NCBI RefSeq assembly: GCF_006345805.1
Contig: NC_043000.1
Span: forward strand, 83,576,001-83,640,000
DNA: 64,000 nt
From: Octopus sinensis
Lineage: Eukaryota
Direction of reading: 5' to 3'
Shown: one piece after another, positions 1 to 11,900 of the stretch
How the letters are laid out: the number at the start of each line of letters is the position of its first letter
Position numbering within the stretch: the stretch's first letter is position 1
The notes under the pieces: model-generated
The model's database searches: none
What the model saw: only the letters and a program-made list of their open reading frames with translations
Told to the model about the DNA's origin: nothing
Program-made: the position numbers and the translations under genes

Positions 1-386
1 TGCATAATTCTTCATTGTATGTTTTTCAATATCTGGTGCTCTTCTAAGTTTTGAAAAATGATTTTCTCACTCACTGATACCAGTAGAAGAGGTTTATTTC
101 TTTTGATATGAAGAATTTTATTATGAAAATGAAAATGTATTTTTTTATCTGCCCAATTTCTACCACATCAGTTTTGCTGCTATACTGTTTTTTTTTCAAT
201 ATGTTCTGTTGCAGATAATACAAACCTCAATACCATCATAACCCTTTAAATGCTGCCTCATGCTTTTAATACCAATATCTCTCTCATCAAATCCTTCAGT
301 GCTGGTCTTGACAATCAAATCAAATCAAATAATTTTTAGTTTGGTGCTGCCATTAAAAAAAAAAATTTTTTTTTTTTTACTTTCAG

Positions 387-543
387 GTTCATGGCATTAT
401 GATGTGAATGTGACTTCTGAATCAATAATGATGAAAACCTTTGCATTCTTTACATGCCTCATCGATATTCTTAGTTGTGGCTTGAAGACATTTTCTCTTT
501 CTCGATACCGACAGCTGAATAAAAGAATTGGACGCATGATCAC
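387..543 (+). CDS. EPG5: EPG5 exon w1 (numbered within window)
   Basis: polyT-cag|GT TCA TGG...ATC AC|gtaagt; [21 protein letters not shown]...[11 protein letters not shown]. Confidence 0.85.
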
Positions 544-3500
544 GTAAGTCTCTTCTTTTGAGTTTATATTTTTTGGCAATTCTTGCCTTCACTAAACAGT
601 TTCTTGTTTCTGATTGTTGTTTTATTGGCAGTGTCATAAATGACTTCTCTAATGGACTAGATCTAACAAGAATCATCACTTTTGTAATTTGAATGGTACT
701 TCTTCATCTGCTCCAAATTTTCCCCTTATGTTAGAATTATGCAAAGCTGCTTACAATTTTTAAAAAAAATTCTAGATCCTTATAGTACCTTTCTGTCTAA
801 GTTGACTTCAAATTCTGCCAAAGTCAACTTTGCTTTCCATCCATTTGGGATCAATAAAATGGTACTAGTCAAACACTAGGGTTGATGTAATTGACTAACA
901 CTCTCCTACAAAATTTCAAAACTTGTACCTGTATTAGGAAAGATTATGGTGCCATTAATTATTTAGCAAGAGAATCAGGTATATGGATTTGCATATTGGC
1001 CTAAAATATAATATATTTTATTGGTAGCTATTCTCATTTGGGCCATCTCTAATGTTGACGAAGAATCCTCTGAGCAAATACACTAATTTAAAAAAAAAAA
1101 ACTAAAATTTTTTTTGCTTAATTTTTGTGTTCTGTTTTAATGTAATGATTTCACCTGCAAATAACTATAACTGCTGTTAATTTTGTTTTTAAACATTGCA
1201 GTATCTTTATTTTATTATATTTTACAGGCAAATAATGTTATACACATCAGATCACTGGTTAAGTTTCCGCCAATGCAACCAACGTTTACCACCAGCGATG
1301 CTTGAACGATTACAAGTTGAGTTTGACCAGCTATTTTTACGTGCTGTCCATTGTATTCTTAATGCTGAAAGGTAAGCTGTTTGGTTTGTTTGCCATTATA
1401 TCTAAGGCTGGAGCATCTTCTTTTATCAATCTCATATAAAGCTATTTTCCTTTAATCCTTTAGCATTTGAACCAGCTATAACCAACCCAAGTATTCTACA
1501 TGTTTTATATTCTATCTGGCCAAATCCATCTTCGCACACCTAAAGATATACAATCACATCATCAGAATCTCTAAGCTACAAGATAATGCCTGATTAATAC
1601 AAAATAATGTGAATAAATAAGCATTACATTTTAGAAAGTAATCTGAGTGCTAAAGGCTTCAAATTCTGTTAGATAATTCTTTGTTATGACCCTCCACTCT
1701 AAATTGTTTTAGTTTAGGGTAAAAATACATCATCATCATCATCATCATTTAACGTCCGCTTTCCATGCTAGCATGGGTTGGACGGTTCAACTGGGGTCTG
1801 GCGAGCCCGAAGGCTGCACCAGGCCAGTCAGATCTGGCAGTGTTTCTACAGCTGGATGCCCTTCCTAACGCCAACCACTCCGAGAGTGTAGTGGGTGATT
1901 TTACGTGCCACCAACACAGGTGCCAGACGAGGCTGGCAGACGGCCACGCTCGGATGGTGTTTTTTATGTGCCACCGACACAGGTGCCAGACGAGGCTGGC
2001 AGACGGCCACGCTCGGATGGTGTTTTTTATGTGCCACCGACACAGGTGCCAGACGAGGCTGGCGAACGGCCACGATCAGATGGTGTTTGTTACGTGCCCA
2101 CAGCACGGAGGCCAGTCGATGCTGTACATATTTATATCAAATTAAATTTCCTTTAATGACATTTCCATGTGTTGTTATTACAGATGAAGTGACATCCTGA
2201 CATAATTTATCTTTTATCTTTTACTTGTTTCAATCATTGGATTGTGGCCATGCTGGAGCACTGCACTGAAAGTTTTAGTGAAATAAAATTGACCCCACTA
2301 CTTATTTATCAGTCTCTTGATAAACTGTTAAGTCACCAGGACATAAACAAACCAACACTGGTTGTCAAGCAGTGGTAGGAAGAAACATATAATATATTCA
2401 TACACAAAACACACACACACACACGAGGGATTCTACACAGTTTCCATCTACCAAATGCACTCACAAATCATTGGTTGGCTTGGGGCTGTAATAGAAGATG
2501 CCTAAACCTGAAGCTACATGGTAATAAAACAAGTTTCTTAACCACATAGCCATACGTTTTTATATTTTTAATGGTTACAAATCATTGGATAGGTTAGAAG
2601 CAGCAAATGTTTGTAGATTCCTGCAATAAATAACACTGCAATATTGACTTGTCAGTTATGGTGGTGAGTTGGCAGAACTGTTAGCATGCGGAGCAAAATG
2701 CTTAGTGGAATTTCATCTGTCTTTATGTTCTGGGTTTAAATTCCACTGAGGTCCACTATGCCTATCAACCTTTCAGTGTTGATAAAATAAGTACCTGTTG
2801 AGTACTGGGGTCAATGCAATTGACTTACTCCCTTGCCCCCAAAGTGCTGGTCTTATGCCAAAATTTGAAACAAGTATGGACTTGTCAGTATTTGTTGGTG
2901 GCGCACACTAAGACTTTTAGATTATTTTAGTATTAATGGTTTCTGATTAGCATATCTCATAACGATTCGGGATAAACATAACTTTAAATTAATATACATT
3001 ATTTAAAATTAATTATGTATCTTAATTCTTTAATCATGCAGTCAGTGATGTTTATTGCTAATGAAACAACTGTTGAGCATAAATTATGAACTATTTGTGA
3101 AATTTATGCTTTTCTGCTTTGTCTTCTAAATATGCTGCTCTAAAAGATCATTTTAACCTAATTTTATAGATACATGCAAATTTTTTTCTACCTGCATATC
3201 CTTCAATGTTATAACATATTTGAGTAATTAATTGAGTTCTTAATTACTGTGGATATTTTTTTGATGTTTATACATCAGTTCTCCTTATATAGAGCATATT
3301 AGATTCTTTAGCAATGTTATAACTCTTTTCAAAGTTTCTGACCTCGTTAAAAATTTTTGTTATAATTGAGTTCTTTTATCTCTTCATATGTTTGAGACTT
3401 TGTAGATCACTTATTCCTTGAACATAGTTATGGGAATGTTTCAAAAGTTGGTCTTTTGCTTTATAAAAAGAATTCACTTTAATCATTATTTGGTATACAT

Positions 3501-6500
3501 GACCTTAGCAGAAAAGTTAAGTTTCAATTGATATTGTTTTGTAATTGTTGTACTTTTTGAATCAAACTATTATTTTTATTTCGATTTTTATTAAATTGCC
3601 TGATATATTTTGTTTTATCTTTCAGGATGGGGTCTTGGCAATATATGACAGATATGCCTTATGCCAGTGTTTCCCTTGAAACTACATGGAAACTCATGTG
3701 GATGTTGCACATGGGACAGAATCAATCTGTACTTCCTGATAACTTACCTTCCGTTGAACAGTGTAAAGCAGAATTAAAAGGTTTCAATCTTATGATTTTC
3801 TTACATAATTTTTATTTATTTTAAAAGAAAATTTATATGATCAGTTGTTTTAAATATTATATTAAAGCATTGATTTTGTTCTGTATGTAAAAGCATATTT
3901 AATCTATTATAATAATAAGGATTGTGTCTGTCTACCATTTCATTAACTTCATCTTCTATCTGTGAGCATAACATAGAGTTTTGGCTGTCAATGCAATTAC
4001 TGCTTTATCTCTCTCTCTCTCCTCCTTTTTCACTCACTGTCTGTCTGTCTTTGTCTCTCTATATGTATGTGTGTATGATACCCTAGTCTATTGCTCTCTT
4101 CCTATCTCCTTTCCCTCATACCTTGTGTCCTTACCCTCATTATGTAGGATAGCCCATGACCTCCTCCTTACACAACCCACCCTATCACCTTCCCACTTTG
4201 TCTCCCTCTTTCTCAATAACACATGATGGGTTAAGTTTACTATAGTATTTTATATATTTTAAAATTTGACTCATTTATGGCTGCCACTGTACAACCAGGT
4301 GTTTACTAGTATTAAGTCTACACTAATTTCCTAAAATTATGTGAGAGGCTAAAAAAGGATCAAGAGCTGTGTTTCTTAGTATGTGGCTCACTAAATTTAT
4401 TTGGAGACACAACCCCATTGGTATTATTTTACAGTAGGACTAAATACATTATGAACATTGAACTCTTAGATAAGTATACCAAATAATATCTTATATAGTT
4501 TTATTTCAGTAATTATTGTATAACTTTGGGTAGAAACTGTTATTTCCTATATGTTTATCCCTAGAAAGTATGAAAAATGGTTAATATTTCCTTCAAACAT
4601 CCCTGTGTTACAGTTATTTGAACCCCAAAGAATCTCTCTCAACACATGGTTATGATGTTCCCCCATTGCATTTGCTCATGTTCAGAGATGCACATTGTCA
4701 GCCACTAAGGGACATACTCAGGTGCTTACTGTCAAGCAACTGACAAACAAATTTGTGGTATTGAGCAGAATATTTGCTACAACAATATTTCTGCTTCAGC
4801 AGCTTAGTGTTGAATTTGTCTGAAATGTGATGGAAAATAGGTCAGTTTCAAAACATTGATGTCCCAGTCACAAAAGCAAAGTTTGAGGGGAATACTAATC
4901 ATTTACTTTGATTTCTAGATAAAAGCAAATAGGAACTAACACTTACTAACCAAAGACAAAAAATAAATAGATAAAAGTTTTGTTACACAATGTAATTAAT
5001 AGTTTCTTTTGACTGGGTGTGAACATTAAATTGAAGTTGTGACGTTCATGTTTTTTCAAAAGTGTCTTAATGAAAAGTGCAGTGAAATATCAGATGGAAA
5101 TTAAAGCTGTATTACAGATTCAACTCTCCAAACTCTTCCTCCTTCTCTCCCCAGAGGTTGCATAGATCTCACAGTATCTCCTCACCTATTGTACTCTGTC
5201 ATCAAGCACACACATCAACACAGAAAACTGGACAACTTTGTTGTTGTGAATGTCTTACAGTGTGGACTGGGAACATTATATTATGCCACCAACATTACAC
5301 GGGGTTATCTGAAACAGAACCAAAGATTCTCCTCTCTCATCTATCAGTTCTTTTCCTTTTGGAGTTATTGCCTTCCTAGATGGGTGGTAGTCTGTGATGT
5401 AGTTTTATAAGTCCACCATTCATTTGTATATTTCATTTGAGGTATGTTCTCTGTAGTGGAATGCTTTTCCTACCAGCAACCATTTTACAACATGTACTTG
5501 GTGCATTCTGTCATGTCCCCAGCATTCCATCCAGCTATCCATCCTGGTTGGGTGACTTTCTTGGACCATTGTAACTCTTCCACACCAGATGTTCTGATTG
5601 AGTAATGAAGCATTAATGTCTGGCCTAGGTATTAGTCACAATGGTCTTTCATTTGCTGAAATATCTCATCTGTGCACACCATGTCTGCAGATGATAGCTA
5701 TAGTTTGTTAACTGACCTGGTTGTTCCTGGCCATTGATGGTTTGTTGTCTGTTCATCTGTCCACATCTAGTGATAATAGTCAGTGATTCACTAAGTTCAT
5801 TTGCCAAAATAGTTCACATCCACCATTCATACCAGTACTAAGGAGGTATAATTAGTATAATTTTCTTTATATAATTAATTTCATAAAACCTTATTGTAAA
5901 ATATTTCAGGCTTTGTAGTAATTTATGCAATATATGTATATATATTTTTCACTTTAGATCCATTAAGAAAAGCTCAACTAGCTGACAGCTTACAAAAAAT
6001 GCCAATTTCTGAAGCCATCTATCTCCTCACTGCATTCTCTAATATGGTTCAGTGTCGTCATGAAAGTGAAACAGAGTTTATACAAACAATTACTGTGGAA
6101 GTATTTGAGGTAGGTTTCAGACTACATAAAATTTCTTATATTATGATTGTGAATGTATACAAACTGGTTTTCTTATACTTCTTCAGCATTTATGTTGTAA
6201 TGTTGTGTTTGTGTGTGTGCATACAAGGAGAGGGAAAATACTCAATAGGAGAAATTGAGTTTATTTATTGATGTTGATGATTCCCTTTATCGCTGCTCTG
6301 AGTTTCCTGTGTTCATGTATTGGTTTAGGCAAAATATGCATGAGAAATTTTAAATTATGATGTAGTTAATTATTAGCTGCGAATGAACACACACATACAC
6401 ACAAATATATATGTGTGTGTATAAATGTATATATATGTATATATATATGGTAGTAGTAGTAGTAGGAATAATAATAATAGTGATAATAATAATAATAATA

Positions 6501-7719
6501 ATAATGATAGGAATATCAATAATGTTAATAGTAGTAATGCTCTTGGTTGCAATTATAGAGTTAAATCCCACTGTCCGTTATTGGGCCACTGTCTAATCCA
6601 AAATGTAATTTATAAATGTACAATCATAAGTGAGGCTGGAAACTTTATATATATAGGATGTTCAGTAAATATGAAAAAACCTATCAATAACCATTTTTCA
6701 TCTTTTAGACTCAAACGTAAAGCCAATTGTACATCCTTATCTAACAAGGTTTGGAAACTGAAGGAAAACAGGATTGAATATCCCTAAAGGAAAACAGGAT
6801 TGAATATCCCTAAAGGAAAACAGGATTGATATCCCTAAAGGAAAACAGGATTGATATCCCTAAAGGAAAACAGGATTGATATCCTTAAATCTCTGACCAT
6901 GTGAAGGGTTCCTAAGCTTCAAAGTCCTTCTTTTCCAGATTGGTCTGCTTTTTGGCATCCTTCTGGCCTCAAGTCTAAAGTCACCAATAACTAGTCTATA
7001 TTGTGGGGTATATTCTTTACCAGGGATTGTCTTTGTATTTAAGAGCAACCATGCATCCTGCTGTCTGGTGAGAATGAAATTGATCTGGCTAGCAGAATCA
7101 CCTGATTGATAGGTTATCAGGTAGCTAGCCGGCTTTCTGAAGTTGATGTTGCAGATCAATAGGTTATTTGCATCACAGAATTCCAGGATCCTAGTTCCTT
7201 CTTCATTTCTTGTACCAACCCCATGGCCCCCATGGAAGATATCAGATTGCTGTCTGACATACCCATTAAAGTCTCCTGCTACGAAGATGAGATCATTGTC
7301 ACTCGTCTTTGAGGTAGCCTGCAGAAGAATATCATAAAAGTGATCCTTCTGTTCATTTGGTGAGCCCGCTTGTGGGGTGTGGGCAGAGATAATTGTAGCT
7401 ATACCATTCTGCAAGACTAGCCTGAGTTTAAATACTCTATCGCACAACCTCAGTACCTCTATGACCTTATCCACCCATTTCTCTGCAAGAAGTATAAGTA
7501 TGCCCACACCCCCTATTCCATCACTATTACCTTTCCAGAAGAGTTTATACCTATGTGCTTTGCCTGCGAGGACTCTGGCTGAAGCTCCTCTCCACCTTAC
7601 CTTTTGTACGCAACATACATCATCACGTCTCCTTTCAAGCATCTCTACAATCTTGCTAGACCTACCTTTCAGTGTGCCTACATTTACAGTGCCAGCTCTG
7701 AAAACTGAGTAAGAGATAT

Positions 7720-7766
<47 letters not shown>

Positions 7767-7932
7767 CCGCGATGAGGAATCAGTTTCTGACTGAAGAACG
7801 AAGGCTTTGAATGACCCGTTTGTCTTTTTGTTCGTCCCTTCGTGTATTTCACGTTATTTATTTAGTTGAACCGTCCAACCCATGCTAGCATGGAAAACGG
7901 ACGCTAAATGAATGATGATGGTAAAGGTTTAT

Positions 7933-7963
<31 letters not shown>

Positions 7964-8934
7964 CCATAGGTATGCATATAATACACTGGGAAATATATAT
8001 ACAAGGGGGTGCTGAAATGCTCCTGGCATTGGATAAAAGAAAATACTGGAGGATTGGTTAGTTATGATTTTATTCAACAAATTCCCTTCTCAGATTCACA
8101 CATTTATTGCAGCCCTCCTGCAGTTTTTCTAAGCCCTCAAAAGGTTGGGCCTTCAACCATGCTTTTCATGATACCCTTAAAGCTAGGAACTTTTCAGCAT
8201 TTATGCATATATACAAACACACACGAATATATACATATATATATATACATAGACATATATATATGTTTATGCTTATATACATACAAATACACACACACAC
8301 ACACACACATGCAATATTAAGAAATATTCTCTCTTTTCAGATTGCGTACCTATATGATCATACTAAAGATTTCTGTTCTAAAGTTGGCCGTGAGCTGTTG
8401 TCTGCTATTGCCCAAGTCCATCCAGTCACCATTTCATTTTTGATTCATAAACTACGAGATGTCCGAGGAAATATAGGAGGGGTGAGTTTATTGAGAATGG
8501 AATTCATTTCTGTTCGTTTCTGATCTCTTTCGTTGATCTATGTCTACGATATAATGAAATGTAATATGTGAAGATTTTTCTTTATATGTCTTGAGAAAAC
8601 ATTGCATGAAATTTTGTTGGTGCTCTAAAACCTTAAAAGACAACTGGATTAATCCATTACCAAACATTAATTTTGCTAGAAAGGCAAAAGTAGTGACTTC
8701 TCTCATTGTTTATCTTTTATCTTTTGTTTCAGTAATTAGACTGTGGCCTTACTGGGGCACTGCCTTGAAGATTTTTTAGTTGAATGGATTGACCCAGTTC
8801 TTATTTTTTTAAAACCAAATACTTATTCTGTCGGTCACTTTTGCTGAACCACTAAGTTATGGGGACATAAAAACACTAACAATGGTTGTCAAGTGGTGGT
8901 GGGGATAAACACACATAATGACTCACACACATAA

Positions 8935-8988
<54 letters not shown>

Positions 8989-11900
8989 GACAGGCTTCTT
9001 TCAGTTTTTGCCTACCAAATCCACTCACAAGGCTTTGGTTGTCCCGAGGCTATAGTAGAAGGCTATAGTAGAAGACACTTGCCTAAGATTCCACACAGTG
9101 GGACTGAACCAAGAGCAATGTGGTGGTGAAGCAAGTCTCTTACTACACAACCACATCAGCGCCTAAGATTAGATTATATATATTTTTCTAACAGAAGCTT
9201 CAGGCATGGTTATGTAGTTAAGAAGTTTGTTTCCTTACCATGTGGTCTTTGGTTCAGTCCCACTGTATGCCATGTTGGGCAAGTGTCTTCTACTACAGCC
9301 CTAGGCAGATCAAAGCCTCATGAGTGGATTTGATAGATGGAAACTAAAAGACGTCTGTTACACACACACACAAAAACACTTCTCCCCCACATGTGTGTGT
9401 GTATTTTTGTTTGTCCACCACCTACACTCAACAACTGGTGTTGGTTTGTTTATATTGCTCTAACTTAGCAGTTTGGCAAAAGTTACCAATAGAAAAAAGT
9501 ATCAAGCTTAAGAACAATAAGACAGTGGAGTCAATTTGTGCAACTAAACCTTTCAAGGTTGTGTCCCAGCTTGGCTGCAGTCCAATGAATGAAACAAATA
9601 AAAGATAAAAGAATAGCCTGATGTCTCTGTTTTCATTTGTGAAGGTTTCCTTTCCAAAAGAATTTGAAGCAACTGAAATTCATGTTATTCTTTACATGTT
9701 ATTCTTTACAAAAACCATTATCCAACTTTTGATATATCAAAAATTTTCTCTTAGTATTGGGTCATTCCATAAATAATGTGGTTTTTTCAATTGCATGAGC
9801 TAAAAGTTGGGTGGTGATGGGATAAACTACCTGCATCAACTTACTATAAAAGCAGGTAGTAATTTTACCTTTTCCATATTCTTAGTGCAATTTTGAAGAC
9901 TGCTGTTCGATTTTAACAGTTTTTTTTTTCAAAGCTATAATGGCAGTGACAAAGGAACATATGCAGCATATTTTGCTTCATGAGTTCAATAATGGCAACA
10001 ATGGAACAGAAAATGCAAGGAATATTAATGCAGTATATGGGAATTAGATAATAAGTGTGAGCCAGTGTCATTTGTGGTTCCAGAAATTCAGAGTTGGAAA
10101 CTACAGTCTAGAAGATAAGCTTTGTCCTGGAAGATCTGTAGAGTTTGACAAGGATGTCCTGTAAACTCTGTGGAACAGACTCCCATTGTAACTACTGAAG
10201 AGCTAACAGAGAAGCTTGGATTTGTTCAACCATTTATCGACACCTGCACTCTACTGGGGTCTGTGAAGCCAGAAGGCTTCATCAGGCCCAGTCAAATCTG
10301 GCAGTGTTTCTACGGCTGGATGCCCTTCCTAACGCCAAAACAATAAACAGTGACAATGATGTATATATTCATTCTTAATAGAGTCTCTATTTGCTGTTCG
10401 GCAATGTTTATTCAGACGCATTTTGTGATGTCGGGCACAAAAATACCTTAAGCTAAGCCTGAAAGCAATGAAGTCATAAAAGAATCATCCATAACTTGCA
10501 GTAAGCAACATTTATTAAAATAAAAGTATTCAGAACACAGAATAACATGTAACAAAAACAATTTGCACTCGAAGATAAATGAACATACAGCGAGGATGAC
10601 TTTCCAAAGGCTGAAGCAGTTTGAATGGGAAATGATGCCCCACCCACCATATTCGCCAGACATTGCCCCTTCTGATTATCATTTATTCCGCAGTCTTCAA
10701 AATCATTTGGACGGAAAAAATATGAATTCTGTAGATGAGGTCAGAACAGTACTGGAGGACAGATGGAAGAGCATGGTAGAAAATGAAGAAGAGTATATTT
10801 TAGATTAAAAAAGAACTTAGTTTATCTTAATTTTGAAAAATAAAAGTGTAAAAAAACTGCATTATTTATGGGATGAACCAATACTTTTTATTGCATTTGT
10901 TTTGTAGCAGGTCAAAATGTTGCACTGGAGGACTGAATAGTAAGAGGGCAGTGCATTTTACTGATTAGAGAGAGCTTTGGTTAATTAAGTTTATTGGGTT
11001 CTGCACTGCTAACCAAAGGATCAGTGGTTCGTGTCTTGTCTACAGTGAAGCAGTGTATTCAATGTCAAGACAGTTTTCATATGCCCATAGTTACTGTGAG
11101 TTGGGAATCAGCTGCTTTAAATAGTGGAAGTAAGGCAAAATTGTCAAGTGTCTTAATTTGCAGTACTGTGTACTCTTGTATAAGCATAGTGTGCTGATAG
11201 ATGTGTTCATTAACTTGGCTTGTCCTAGTACATTGCAGTGGTGATTCAACAGCTCAGTTATAATGCATCAGCAGGTAATTGTTTTACTGAATTCTATGAA
11301 CAAGAGCCTCCGGTGTCTCAAAGTCCCCTTACCTCAATGACTTGTCTTGAACATACATTATCTGAAAAGAGTAGGTGTGATTAACATATTCATGTTTAAA
11401 TCTATCAATGTATTAAGAATGAATATATACATCATTGTCACTGTTTATTGTTTTGGCGTTAAGAAGGGCATCCAGCCGTAGAAACACTGCCAGATTTGAC
11501 TGGGCCTGATGAAGCCTTCTGGCTTCACAGACCCCAGTAGAACCGTCCAACCCATGCTAGCATGGAAAACGGACGCTAAACGACGATGATGATGATGATG
11601 ATGGACTGAATTGAAAGGAGGGAGGGAAAATAAAGGTGCTAATCTTATGTGTGTAATTCATAAACATAGTTCTTTCTTTATTTTTGACAGATGGCGCTAT
11701 ATCTTTTTAAAGAATTACCCATGTATGACTGGCAGTTGGAGAATGCAGATTTGGCTATTCTTCGCTCCTGGTTAGTGAGTACAGATCTTAGTTCAACAGA
11801 ACACCTTCTGGGACGAACAATTCTTTCCAATCTGAACTGGGGACTTAATAAAGAGGTATGAAATATTTTTGATTCAATTTTTCTCCTAAAATTTGCATTA

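Noticed and set aside
1765-2200. Overlapping repetitive ORFs and a CRISPR-like appearance
   Set aside because: Head-to-tail 63-bp units with no unique spacers, inside a retroelement 3' UTR; no cas genes; eukaryotic intron.
6860-7852. Intact 330-aa protein-coding gene
   Set aside because: The N-terminus is (TA)n plus unrelated sequence fortuitously in frame; the rest is a truncated LINE endonuclease with apparent catalytic substitutions.
7765-7860. Hammerhead ribozyme near the Penelope fragment (CTGAAGA at about 7789)
   Set aside because: No stem II plus GAAA follows the putative core, so the motif is incomplete.
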